Below the pieces are notes generated by a model. That model searched no databases and had not been told where the DNA came from. It saw only the letters and a list, made by a program, of their open reading frames with translations. A DNA stretch of 63,722 bases, filler included, from Reclinomonas americana ATCC 50394 (taxonomy: Eukaryota), in the NCBI GenBank assembly GCA_048213135.1. It is 16 parts of 16 records of this genome, joined end to end, with 100 filler letters (N's around TTAATTAATTAA, not from the genome) between each part and the next. Parts side by side here need not be neighbours in the genome. Positions count along the whole stretch, not along the records: positions 37,688 to 41,016 come from AFZH01017638.1; positions 41,117 to 43,705 come from AFZH01017639.1; positions 43,806 to 57,633 come from AFZH01017640.1; 13 more parts are not named here. One strand, written 5' to 3'. Shown in pieces: positions 37,748 through 52,808 of the stretch (positions are counted from its first letter, which is position 1; every line of letters starts with the position of its first letter). The translations under genes were made by a program, and so were the position numbers.

Positions 37748-40700
37748 TTACTGTACCTGCGCAGCCGCTGAGGAGCCACTCGCGCTCTGACCACCGGCCT
37801 CCTTGGCCTGTCGAAGCACAGAGATCATGCGCAACACACGACCTTTCGGGATCGGGTTTCCGTTGGGCAGGCGCAGCTCGCCGAGAATCTCCTTGGTCAT
37901 ACTCAGATCCTCTGAGAGGGTCTGCGGATCGAGCTTCTCCGAGGAGAGCATCTCAATCATACTGTCGCGCTCGGCAGTCGAGTCCGTCTTCAGCGCATCG
38001 ACAAAGCTGGCAATCGACGACAGCGGATCATCGACTGATCGACCGTCCTTGAGTGTGGAGCCGCCGAAATCACGCTCGAAAAAGTCTCGATAGAGGCTAC
38101 GCGCACGCACACGCACATGCATAGGCAAATGAGCAAGAGCAGCGACTCTGTGTGTGATCGCAGTGGCCACAGCGTGCGTACCCCGTAATGCCTTGCGGCA
38201 GAGCTTCCAACGACTCCATTGCAGCGAATTGCTCGTTGCGCACAGCCCGGATCAGTTCTGCGACAGAATCGTGGGGGAAGTATCAAACGGATGGTGCGTA
38301 TGGTCGCAGACGACACCCGAGCTCGTACCAGTGACATACAGAAAGTTGAACTCGGCCTTTTGGCACACAATCTCCACGCCGCGGGTGAGGCCCTCTGTGG
38401 AGTCGGTCTGCAAGGATGCCAGATTCAGGCAAGAGCCAAAACCGGCAGTAGAGGCATCCGCAGGCTCGCACACACCTGCATACTCCTGATGAAGAACTGG
38501 CGCAATGTGCTATCACGCTTGAGCTCGTGCATCACCAACGCTCGCACGTCGTCCTGCGGCGAACACAGAGGAGTAAACAACACACGAACACTGCGCCTAC
38601 TCTCGCATCACCACCACCATCACAGACAACGAACTCACCTTGTTGAGCTCGGTTCGCACATTGATTTCGACGGCGCGCGGAATTTGGACGCGATCACGCA
38701 CGTTTGCCTTTGGCCGACTGGTGCAGACCAGTCGCAAAAAGTGGGGGAACAAGCTGATCGAACCCTTCAACAACTCGATAATGCTGTCGGCACCACGCTC
38801 CTGCGGCAGTTCATCCAACGAGTCCACCACCAGCAGTTTGTGCTGCACGAATGCATACCACCAGTGAGACCACAAGCGCATATTCTCGTCGACATGAGTG
38901 CGAGCGCACACACCTCCACCGGTAGCCGCTTCAAGTTGCGCAGCGGCTGCAACACACCCAATGTCCACGCATGCAGAGCACCTCGCTTATCAATCTCCAA
39001 CAGCGCCGTGTACGCTTCCAGATCGGTACACAGCTGGTCGCGGTATTCGGCAAACGAGTGCAGCAACATCCACGCCACACTACGCACAAATGCGTTGACC
39101 TGCAAAAACACGTGTCACAAAACTATTGCGCAAGGGAGCGACGAGTACCGGCTGTACGAAACATCGTGTGTGCGTCGGACGTTCCATCGACAAATGTGGA
39201 ATGCGACAACACGGTTCTGGCAGGTTGCCACCGTCGCCTCGTGCGCGGCATCGAGTGCGGCCGCCGCTGACGACACGAACGGACGCGGTGACGAGGGTGA
39301 ACCAGGTGACGCCGGAGTCTCACACACCACCGACACGGCTCGTTGTTGCTGCAGAGTGCACGTGAGATCAGGGGAGAGAGACGGTGGAAACGACAACATC
39401 GAACACACCAACAACGCAGTGGCATAGTGGGAGACCAACTTGGCGACAAGCGATGTCTTGCCGACACCCGGATCAGCGTACAACATCATCGCACGCTCAC
39501 GCTGCGCAACATGCGTGAGAATAGGGCGGAAAGTCAAGTTGATGAACAGAGAAACACACACGCAACTACAGCCGGAGCGCAAAACGACTCAATCTGAGCA
39601 AACAACCATTCGCGGCCAACAAACTGCCTCTGCTTCTCCTCCAGGAACGCAGCATAGTCGTGCACCAAGCAATCACTCTCTAGCCGGCGGAACAAGTCGT
39701 CCGACTGGAACGATCTTGTGCTGCAAGCGCAAAAGATGAGGCCACTCGCACGCCCGTCATAAACACATGCACGCGCACACACACATACCTCGAAGTCTCC
39801 GACTGACGGAACGAGAGGTCCATGACAGAGTCCGACAATGGCAGCTCGGAACGCGTGCGCGCAACATTGACACCGCTCGATCGCCGCATGTCGCTTTCTG
39901 AGAGATTGCGCGAGAATGGCGGCAGGGTGGAGTCGATGCTGGACCCCGAACGCAGAGGCGGAGGCCGCCGTGAAGCACGCGACGAGCGCGCCACGAACGG
40001 ATGTGCCAACAGCATGCGTGCATCGGCACGACTCTCCGGGTCGCTGTGTGGCCACCAAGTGGATGAGGAGCTCGTCGCCAATCAGCAGGCAACAAGCAGC
40101 CAATCGACGACGACTCACCGAATAAAACACTTGGTGAGAAAGTCGCGCAGGTCGGATGTGACGTTGGCGGGGATTGGCGGCTGTGTGTTTTCTTGCGAAA
40201 TGTGCCACATGAATGCCAGCTGCATAAAGGGCATGAGGTGAAAGGAGGAGACGCGATGTGTGAACTCGACAAGGGACGAACATCGTTGGTGAACTCCGAA
40301 AATGGTCTCCTCCCAGTGATCATCTCCAGCACCGTGCATCCTACAGAGAAACAGGAGTGTCAGAGAAAGGGAACATGCGTTGTGACAGTCGTTGACCACC
40401 CACCCAGACTCCAAATGTCGGCCTTGGTGGTGTACCTGCCCTTGCACACCTCCGGAGCCATGAACCTACAGTAGGTAATCAGCGCATGAGAGAGAGTGTG
40501 TGTGTGACAACACCAATAAAGACGCACCCTGCTGTGCCCGTAAACGTGGTCGCCTGGCGATCTCCCTGCAGCACGTCTCGCGAGCACCCAAAGTCGGCCA
40601 GCTTCACCACCGTGTCGGTGCCTGCAGGAGAGGAGAGGGCAAATGAATTGGGCGAGGGGAGGGCAGGGGGAGGCAGTCGGCGATCGCACTCGAACGCACC

Positions 40701-40948
40701 TGAAGCCGAGAGGAGAACATTCGCACCCTTCAGATCGCGATGAATGATGCCCTGACTGCACGAGCGGCGACATCGTATCAGCAGCGATGCGAATTGAATG
40801 AAAGCACACGCAACGGACGCATACCTGTGCAGATAATCGAGTCCCTGCAGAATCTGGTACGTGTAGTTTGCCACAATGCCCTCGGTGAAACAGTACTTTT
40901 TCACATGTAGCTGATCCGTGATCGAGCCGCCGCTGCACAGCTCCATGC
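37748..40948 (-). CDS. STE/MAP3K-like kinase fused to a NACHT/NPHP3/TANC-like STAND NTPase and a C-terminal SAM-like domain (kinase N-lobe in the gap)
   Basis: Kinase: QILQGLDYLH, HRDLKGANVL, KLADFGCS, FMAPE, ADIWSLG. In-frame splice to FVGREWLF, Walker A ADPGVGKT, Walker B LLVVDSLDE, LVCTSRP, NFLYV..LPQGITGLYRDFFER. Then a SAM-like segment EKLDPQTL..MTKEILGEL..IPKGRVLRMI. Confidence 0.85.
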
Positions 40949-41203
40949 CTGTCCCCCCATGAGCATCGACAATGAGAGGGAGAGAGAGAGAGAGGGACCC
41001 TCTCCGACGGCAGCTTNNNNNNNNNNNNNNNNNNNNNNNNNNNNNNNNNNNNNNNNNNNNTTAATTAATTAANNNNNNNNNNNNNNNNNNNNNNNNNNNN
41101 NNNNNNNNNNNNNNNNGAGACAGTGATCCACCGACATAACACACTCCGACCAACGAAGAGATTCTCGTCGTGTGTTGTGTTGAAGCGCGCAACTGCAGGC
41201 AAC

Positions 41204-44200
41204 ATGAGTTCGCGCCCTGATGTGCAGCAGGTACGCACCACCCCCCTCTCCATTCATCCATCCACACACGAATACGCGCGGAGAGTGCGCCTCTCGGTTT
41301 CTCTGAAGCGTGTTGTCGCTGGACGACATTCCCGCGCTCGCACACTTACACTCACTCACGCGCACATTTGCGCGCTCTCTCTCTCTCGCAGTTGTTGACT
41401 GGGCTCGTCGACGACATTAGCGAGATGGAGCGGCAGATTATGACGGCGACGCGACGCGATGCACAGGCGTTCTCGGCACTGGGCGAGCGTGCGCGTGCGC
41501 TGCAGATTATGAAGCAGCGTGTGGCACCGCACTCAGAGTTGAGTGCACCTGGCGGGACAGGGAGGGAGGGAGGGAGAGAGAGAGAGAGTTGGAATGTGTG
41601 CGCTGTCTCTGATGCGGTTGTCCCTGTTTCGTCGTCGTCGTCTCTTGTCTCATTCTGTCGCTTACTGGTGCGTGTGGTAGGGCCGAGGCCGAGCTGTTTC
41701 GACAGGTGCAGGAGCTGGAGACGGCTGGGCAGGAGCAGATTGAGCAGCTGCGCAAGACGGAGCGCAAGCTGTTGCTGTTGGAGAGGTTTGGCGCGATTGT
41801 GTTACTGTTTTTTTCGGTGAGACAGCTGATCCACGCGCGCGTAGTGCCAAGAAGGAACTGGCCAACATTCAGCAGCAACTGGACCGCTTGCAGTCGCTGC
41901 GTGGCAGCTCGTTGGCCGCAGCGGCGGCCGCCACGGGTGCCACCGAGGCGCAGCTGTTGCAGTCGCTGGCCACGGCGAGCTCGTCGCTGAGTGCGGCGGG
42001 AGGTTCGCCACAGCCGCCAGCGCCGGCATCGCGATCGCCAGTGCCGTCGCCGAAGCCATCGCCAGGCGGCAGCGCCTCGGCGCAGTCGTTGTCGGTGGCG
42101 CCGCCGCCGGCAAACCGCAGCTCCCCCTCGCGTTCACCCGCTGGTCTGTCTCCCGCCGGCAGTGCTCGTGGATCGTCCAGCCCGCAGCCGGCGCAGGCGT
42201 CTCCGTCGTCGCTCAGGCCGCGCCAGCAGGGTGCGTATTCGTCACTCTGTGTGTGTGCGTGTCTGTTGTTGTTGGATATCGCTCATTTTTCTACCTGCCA
42301 GTGTTGACGGCGTCGCCGCACGATGTGGAGGAAGATGCGAATTCGATTGACACGAATGACTCGGTGCCGACAGGTTCGAGAGTGTCTCGCTTCTGTGTGT
42401 GGTGTGTGCGTGCGCATTTCTCTCACTGTACGATCGCAGAGGTGTTGGATATGAGTTCGCCAGAACGCAGTGGCCCCTCACTGCGCACAAACGACTTTAT
42501 GGCCCCGGGTGCACGCAAGTCGCCGGCTCGTTGCGTCCACCTGTCTGTCGGGCGACAGTTGTGCTGGGAATCATGACAATGTGTTGCAGAACTGGCACGA
42601 GATGTCAGCAGTCTGTCGCTGCTCAGCGATGACATGCGCCGATCGCCGCTGGTCGGTCGCGACGCCGCAGTAGCCTCCGCACCTCCGGCCCGCGCTGCTC
42701 CCATGTATCGACAGGAGAGTGTCGACTCTGACCAGTTCCCCAGCGCCGGCGGCCGTGGTGGCGGTGGTGACGACGATGACGACGATGACGTCGATGCTGA
42801 GGATGATGATGATGATGATGACGATGATGACGAGCAGGATGAGGATGGCGAGGGGCTGGAGGAAATCCTCATGAACATGACGCCGGAGGAGGTGGCTGTG
42901 ATGCCCCCAGAGATTCGCGACCTCTACGAACAGTACATGGAGCTGTCGCGTCAGAAGGCCGCGCTGCTGGCGGCGCAGCGCGAGCAGCGGAAACAGCAGA
43001 TGGAACTCGAGCAGCTGCAGCAGCTCAAGCGTCAATACGAGCAGCTGCGTGATTTGCAAATGCAGGAACAAATGTTGATTCGCCAGTCGGTAAGTGTGCG
43101 CGCATGTCGGTGACCATGGAGATGCTGTGTGGTGGGTGACACATCGCACACAGCGTGGACTGCAGCAATCGGAGAGCGAGAGCTCGTCGCGCCATGGCGA
43201 CGCATCGACGTTTGGTGGCGCGAGGTCGGTGTGCTGCTAGGCGATGTTTAAAAAAATGCGTGTTGTGGCACTGATTGAAGCGCACGGCAGCACCGAGGTG
43301 ATGGTCGACGAATCCGATGCCGACGACGAGCAGGAGGATGAGGAGGAAGGTGACGACGGTGACGATGAGGATGATGGCGGCGATGGCGACGAGGACGAGG
43401 AGGACGACGACGATGAAGAGAACCAGCAGCTGCAGGATCAGCGACTGGACGACGTGGACGACCCGGTGACGGAAGGTCTCGTTGTTGTTGTTGTGGATAC
43501 ATATGCACGTGTATGAGTGTGCATCTCAATCATGCGTATGCATATGTGGAGGCACAGCGAGCCGCATGGATGTCGACGACATCAAGCTGGCACTCCAGTT
43601 CTGTCGCGGACTGCCGAATCCAATGGACCGTCGTCGGTTCCTGGGTGCATTCTTCGAGTACTATCGTGTTGCGTGCAGCCCCCTGGCGTGCCTGTCGCGT
43701 CACCANNNNNNNNNNNNNNNNNNNNNNNNNNNNNNNNNNNNNNNNNNNNTTAATTAATTAANNNNNNNNNNNNNNNNNNNNNNNNNNNNNNNNNNNNNNN
43801 NNNNNGGCATCGTGCTGATTCGAAGAAACTGCTGCAGACAAGACTCGGAGATGACTGCGACGTCCACCGAGTCGGCCGGTCTCATGGAGGTGTCGTGGTT
43901 GTTGTCTGTGGCCTGTTGTTGACTCATCATGCATGATCTGCAGTCGAACGGGCGCTGACCGTGGCGATGCTTTGGTGGTACAGGGAAGCGTGGAGGAGGT
44001 GCTGCGTGAGCTTGGTGTGTTGGTGGAGCAGACACTGGATGTGCTGGCCAACGAGAGCAGTCCGGGCAGCTCGCAGCGCAATCGCTCGTCGCAGCGGTGA
44101 GTTTGTCTTTTGTGTGTGTGTCTTTTTTCCGTGCTGCTGCAAGACACTGACGTCGCTACAGTCGGCGTGAGCTCGTACAACTGACGTCGGCCATGCGGCA

Positions 44201-45872
44201 GCGGCTGACGGAGAAAGTGCTTGGTGCGATGCGACGAGATGTGTATGCGTATATATTTCTACTTGTTTCCTCACTTTGCTGTCGGCGCAGCCTTTGCACT
44301 CGGCAAGTTGCCGAACTTGTCGTCGGACTCGATCACGAGCATGCGCCGTTCGCTGCAGCAGTTTGACGGCAAGCCGCTCACAGCAGTTGCGTTGGGGTCT
44401 TGCTTCAGTTTTGTGCAGACTACTCGCTCACCGCGGCACTGGAACGCAGACGCTGCGCGAGGACATTGTGCAGGCGTTGAGCGAGCATCTCGAGGAGGAG
44501 ATTGTGTACAGCCAGGTCATGGAGCGTGTGAATCGTGCATATGAGGCCGACATGCGGAGTTGCGGGCGCCCGATTGTTACTTCCGCCCTGTGTGTCTTGT
44601 TCTCACGTGCGCGCCTGCTGCTGCAGAGTTGCAAAAGAAGCAGGAGAAGTTGGCGCGACAGGCTCGTCAGCTCGAGTTGCAGCGGCAGTCGGATATTAAG
44701 CAGCTGCGCTCGTCGCACCTTCAGCTGGAGCACGGCGGTGAGCCCGGCGACGTCGTCTACTCTCTCGCACGCACTCTCACTCCTCTCGCCTTGTCACGCA
44801 CCGACGCAGATGGCTATCCGTCCGTGTCGCCGCAGCAACGCGGTCTGGATGCCTTTGACAGTGAGGACGCCAGCTCCAGTGCCATGGACCGCTGGTCGGG
44901 GGCGAGCGAAGACGAAGATGCGAGCGAGGAGCTCGACACGGAGGAGGAGTTTTCCTTCCCCGAGCACTTCCAAGTACAGCGCCCCGACAGTGGACTGGCG
45001 GCCGCCAAGGCCCGTGCAGCCGCCGCCGCCGCGCAACAGCAGAGGCAACAGAGGCAGCAGCAGCAGCAGCAGCAATCGTCGTCGGCATCTGCCACGAATG
45101 CCACCTCCACCACTGATCGTCGTCGGTGGGAGAGACCGCAAGAGGAGGTTTGCTGTTATGCGGCCGTCGTCGCGTTTTGTTCTCCACATGTTGGCTAACT
45201 GATGTGTGTGTGATCGCAGTCGAGCGAGTGTGGCTCGGATGAACCGCCGGTGTGTACCAAGCATCTGTCTCCCATGTTTCCAAATGTGCTGATTGACCAG
45301 GTTCGCCGCACACAGTACACGACATCGGCGGTGGAACTGGACGATCTGCCGCCAGCCGGACTCAAGTTTACCAGCGAGCAGTGTTGCGTAGGGACTCCCG
45401 TGCCCATTCGTTTGCTTGGTAATCACACACGTGCGCGCAGTGCAACGGTGGAAGGAGCAGCAGAGAAAGGAGGAGGCTGCCATGGGCTCAGCCATGGCGT
45501 CCATTGCCAGCTCATACGGTGGTATGTTTGCACGCACTGCCTACTCCTTGTCGGCATTGGAGTTGCTGCTCACCAGTCATGTGATGGTAAGGTTTGGTGG
45601 GCGATCCAGAGGAGGGTCTCGGTACGGTGACCCGCCAGCGGGCAGCAGGGGCGGCACGAACAGCTGCCACCGGAGCCGCATCCAGGACTTCGCCCGGAAC
45701 AGCAGCGGCTGCGTCCGCTCAGGCCGCCCGTGTGGCCAAGTCGGTCGAGGACGATGTGCTCGACTCGTTCCGGCGCCAATTGTCGGAGCTGGAGCGATTG
45801 CACCAACAGTCGCGGGCACTGTCGGCCGCCGCCGCAGCCGCCGGCAACAGTCCCTCGCCCTCCAAGCGCTGA
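41204..45872 (+). CDS. Large coiled-coil/acidic protein with a PCM1 C-terminal-like segment (spans a gap)
   Basis: Many exons in consistent phase encoding coiled coils and D/E tracts; MRRSLQQFDGKPLTA|TLREDIVQALSEHLEEEIVYSQVME resembles the conserved PCM1 C-terminal helices as I recall them. Confidence 0.6.
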
Positions 45873-46322
45873 TTAATCTCTCTCTCTCTCAAACACACAC
45901 ACACATACCTATTCACTCACTCACTCACTATCCCTATTCAGCTACGGCGTGCGTTTCTCTGGTCCCCTCTCCCTTCTTGTTCATCCCCTTCTGTCTCTTT
46001 TATGAAAGTAACCCAACATGCGTTCCATTTTCGTTCCGCGTACACAACACACGATCGCAAAGGAGCACGAACAACAAAGATGCAGCTCTCTCGCTTGCTG
46101 CAATCAGCAGACAGGCGCTTCCGACGGACCCGATGCAAATGTACCGCAAAACAAACGCTGCATTGTGCCCCTCGCCACTCTCTCTCGCACGCACAACGAT
46201 CCCGTGTGACTAAAAAAACACAAACACGGAACGCGCCGGCACAGCTGGAGGAGCACCACGCCAATTAACAGAGAGGACTCTAACTTATAGTAACAACAAC
46301 AACACCAATCTCGCTCTCCCCA

Positions 46323-46849
46323 TCACATCCCCGACGCGCTACTCCGTCCCTTGCCCGACAGCACGGCCTTGGCCTCGTTGATCTTGGTGGAGAGGTACGC
46401 CGAGCCACCCGAGTCGGGATGATTCTGGCGCATCAATCGTCGATGAGCATCCGCAATTTCCTGCTTGGTGGCGCGCTCCTTGACCTCCAGAATCAACTGC
46501 GCCTCCTTCTTTGACATCTCCGCCTCGAAACCGCCCTCGTAGAACTTTTTCGCAAAGGGCCGTCGCATAGAACCCGCCATCTCCATGACGCCAGCAGCGA
46601 GGTTGGGATTGTTGGCCTTGTACGCACGCGCTGCACGCACAGCAATGCGCGCGCCTGTGGCCGCGGCCGCGATGGCAAGACCAGCGATGAGTGGTGTGGC
46701 CTGCGTGCACGTGAAAGAGAGTGAGTGTGAGTGCGTGAGTGTGCACATGCTGACGATGTACACAAAGACGCTCGCTCTGCTGCTCTGCCACTCAGCGTGT
46801 GTCTCCGCGCGCATAAGGTCTCTGTGTGTGTGTGTGTCCAACTCACCAT
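46323..46849 (-). CDS. PAM18: Mitochondrial import motor J-protein Tim14/Pam18 (DNAJC19 family)
   Basis: ATG-only first coding exon (46847-46849), intron 46701-46846, then ATPLIAGLAIAAAA..FYEGGFEAEMSKKEAQLIL..AHRRLMRQNHPDSGGSAYLSTKINEAK. Confidence 0.95.
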
Positions 46850-46940
46850 TCGACTTCGCTCCGACGTCGTTGTGTGCGTGTGTGATTGAGAGGACAGAAC
46901 TCGCGCATCACGTCTCTGTCCAATACACAATCAAGACGCA

Positions 46941-49504
<2,564 letters not shown>

Positions 49505-49723
49505 GAGGATGGGAGCGCACGACAGAGAGACACACTGATGAGAGAGAGCGTGTGTGTGTGTGTGTGTGCATCAGACACGCACGCTAGCGCTCACTCACCC
49601 TGTGCCCCTGCTGTTCTCATCTCCTCCCTCTGCTCTTTTTCTGCAAACTGTGTGAAGGCTTTTTTTCTTTACTGCGTTATGGAACCGCGCTTTTTCGTTG
49701 TTGCCCCTGCGCACACGCATCCG

Positions 49724-50285
49724 TTATTTGATGGTCGCTGACTTGGTGTTGGTCGCCACCCATTCGAGATATGGGGCGTTGCCGTCGGGCGAGAGTGGTG
49801 TGGAAATCACTTCGAATACCTCGTATGGGTGCAGTGAGCGCACCGCCTGCATCATCACCGTGAGTCGATGGTCACACCGAGAGTGGCGTGTGGGAAGTGA
49901 TCCGATTACCTCTGTAAGCTCCTTCACCAACTCTGCGCACGGCGAGTGCATGAGGAGACGAGAGGCAGCAAGAAATCGAGGCAGTGCGTGCCACTCACCA
50001 GTACGCGTCTTGATCATCAGCAGCAGCTCGGAACTCGTCTCCACCACGCCCTTCCACTCGTAGAAACTCGTGATGCCTGCCTTCTCCCTTGATTGAGTCA
50101 CTGCGAACTGCGTGCGTGTGTGTGTGGTGGTGGTGCGCGTGGTAACGACCTGGTATCATGTTGACGCATGCCGCCAGCTTGCGCTCGACCAGAGCGCGTG
50201 CGATTGTCGCGCCTGTGCTCTCATCTGGCACCGTCACATAACACACGGACAAGTTGGTTGACGACGACGCCGATGCCTCGCTCAT
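49724..50285 (-). CDS. CUTA: CutA divalent-cation tolerance protein (N-terminal extension possible)
   Basis: [72 protein letters not shown]. Confidence 0.93.
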
Positions 50286-51241
50286 GCGCACAACGGGAGT
50301 GGAGGAGGTGACAGTGGAGGCAGAGAAGGAGCCTGCATGCACGAGTGTGTGTGAGTGTGAGTTGGAAGAGGTCGATGTGCGGAAAAACAGTGAGGTGCAA
50401 CGCACCAATGACGAGAATGAGAAGGAGGACGGTGGAGAGTAGGAGCAGCAGTAGGGACGCACGTGTGTGGAGGGGAAGTTTGGAGAGCTGTGCCAGCGCG
50501 CGCCACAGCATGCAAGAAGCACAGTTTGTTGTCAACGTCGGTCCTCCGTTGCTCATGTCGCTCCCTGGCTTCAACGTATCTGTGACATGGCCATCGACGT
50601 TCAGACGAGAGGCGCCAGTGAGCCACAGACACAGTGAGCCTCGGGGCGAGGCACGTCTTGCACACTCTCCTCGACGTTCGCGAACGTCACCACGTGTGAG
50701 ACCAGGAAACATGATTGGTGCAAACAGAGATGCTCTCCACGGCAGACAAGGCTGATGCAAGAGAGTGCTCTTGCGCACGCCGCTCGTCCAACATGGGAAC
50801 GATCGTCAGTGGCGCCGCCCACATCGCGGGATTGCGAAAAATTTGCTGCAACCACTTCGCCACCTGTCGCGTCTCACCGCTCTCGACTCCCCGCCCCACT
50901 CCTCCCCTCCACCAACCACGCGCACGCGTTCTCCATCGCATTTTTGCCTGCGGGCGGCGCGCAACACAATTTTTCGTCATCGACACCCAAATCTGGAATT
51001 GCTCACACACTTTTTCGCCGCGTCCGCGAGAACTTTTCGTCACTCTTGTCTGTCTCTCGGTGCGCACGCACAGCCACCCCCAACTGACACAACCCAACTC
51101 GCCACTTATCACCCACACACAAGGCTCATCATGTTTCGGCAGAAGCGCTCTGTGTACAGGTGCGCATGTGCATTCTGCATCACAACCAACACATCATCAG
51201 TGTTCGCATCTGTCTTCTCGCTGACGCCAGGGGGGTTGCCG

Positions 51242-52474
51242 ATGCGCAGCGACCGCAAGTCGTGGTCTGCCGAGGAGCGCGAGCGACTGCTGGAGGCGGT
51301 GACCATGTTTGGCCGCGACTGGCATGTTGCGTGAGGCGCAGCGGGAGAGAGAAGATGGCACCAAGTCCACCAACTGACAGTGATTTGGTTTCATTGTTTT
51401 TTGTGATCCTTTCGTGCAGCGAGTGGCCGCCCACGTGGCCTCCCGCACTCCTGGACTGTGCCGTGGCTATGCTCATCAATGGGAAGGTGGGTGGCGGTGC
51501 CTGGAGTGTGAATCCCATTTCGGCTTTTGGCGCGCTTGCGCTCACTCGCACCAACTCCCCCGCACCCCGCCACTGTTTGCCGTGCTCGTGCGCAGAGGCT
51601 CGCAATCGGCTTCCACCACCGGTGCCTGCCAACGAGAGACCACACCTCAACGCGTGGCAGACCGACGAGAAGGAGCGGTTAATCGCCGCCGTCAAGCTCT
51701 TCGGGCGCGACTGGAAGCAGGTGTCAGAGTTTGTCGGCACTCGCGATTTCGAGCAATGTCAGGGTCACGCCTGTCGCTGGCCTGGTGAGCCCGAGGGTCA
51801 ACGTGCTTACGTGTCTCTGTCTTGCCGTCCGTTGAGGGCGACTTACACTTCAACTTGTGCTCTCGTCAGTTACGCGTGAACTGCTGCCACCAGCCAAACC
51901 CAAAGGTGGCGCAATTCGTGTGCCGGGCTGGACCGAGGAGGAACGCGAGCGCCTGCTGGCGGGTATTCGTCGATTCGGCTCCGAGTGGGAGCGAGTGGCG
52001 CAGGTGGTGCAGACGCGGACCTCCAAAGCCTCGCAGAATCAGGCCGCCATCATGTACAGAAAGGCGCTGGAGACTGGCGACGATGGTGAGCGTGCGCGCG
52101 AGTCACTTCGTCATTGTCGTGACAGCACATGGCTCATGCCTCATGCACAGGTACTGCAATGCTGCTGGACCCGTCTCGCCTGCGAAGACGCGGCATCAAG
52201 AATCCCAACAATGGCGAGCCGCTGGTGGACGATGCACACTTGTTGCTGACCTTCGGTATGTCAGCGCAGCGAGCAATCTGTGAAAAGCTGTGATGGACTG
52301 ACTGACTGTATGTGTGTGCGCGCTCGTAAAGCTGCGGCCACCTCAGCCGGTGAGGAGTCGCCCGAATCCGCGCTACTTCATCTCGGCAAGCGCCACCGCG
52401 AGTTCGATCGCGAGGCTGTGGAGGCCACGGATCCGGACATTATGCCGGCGCTGAAACGGACGCATGCGTCGTAA
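51242..52474 (+). CDS. Myb/SANT-domain protein with three repeats (start uncertain)
   Basis: WSAEERERLLEAVTMFGRDW, WQTDEKERLIAAVKLFGRDWKQVSEFVGTR, WTEEERERLLAGIRRFGSEWERVAQVVQTRT. Confidence 0.85.
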
Positions 52475-52808
52475 TACTGCAAGGGGGAGGGCAGCAACTG
52501 TTGCGTCGTGTCGTCATGTGCGCCGTCGCGACACGTCGTCATCTCACTCTGATATTGCGTGCGCAGCTGGTTTCTCGTGTCAACAAAATTACAATAATTC
52601 TCTTCAAATCAGCACCAGAAACAAGTGCATTCGCCGCTGGGGGTACTTCTTCGACGGGCAGTCGCTGCCTGTCTGGCTGCATGTTTATCAAATTTTTGTA
52701 TGTGTGATGTGTGTGTGTGTGTACGTAGTGCAAAAATACTGAACGTGGTAAATTATGAAACAATCACCCGTCTTGCATTTTTTCTCCAACACAGCCTTCT
52801 CCTCTCAA

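Noticed and set aside
38219..39427. Long plus-strand ORFs (402 aa here; 491 aa at 60618-62093)
   Set aside because: Antisense shadows of the STAND and MTG1 genes in GC-rich sequence, with no motifs of their own.
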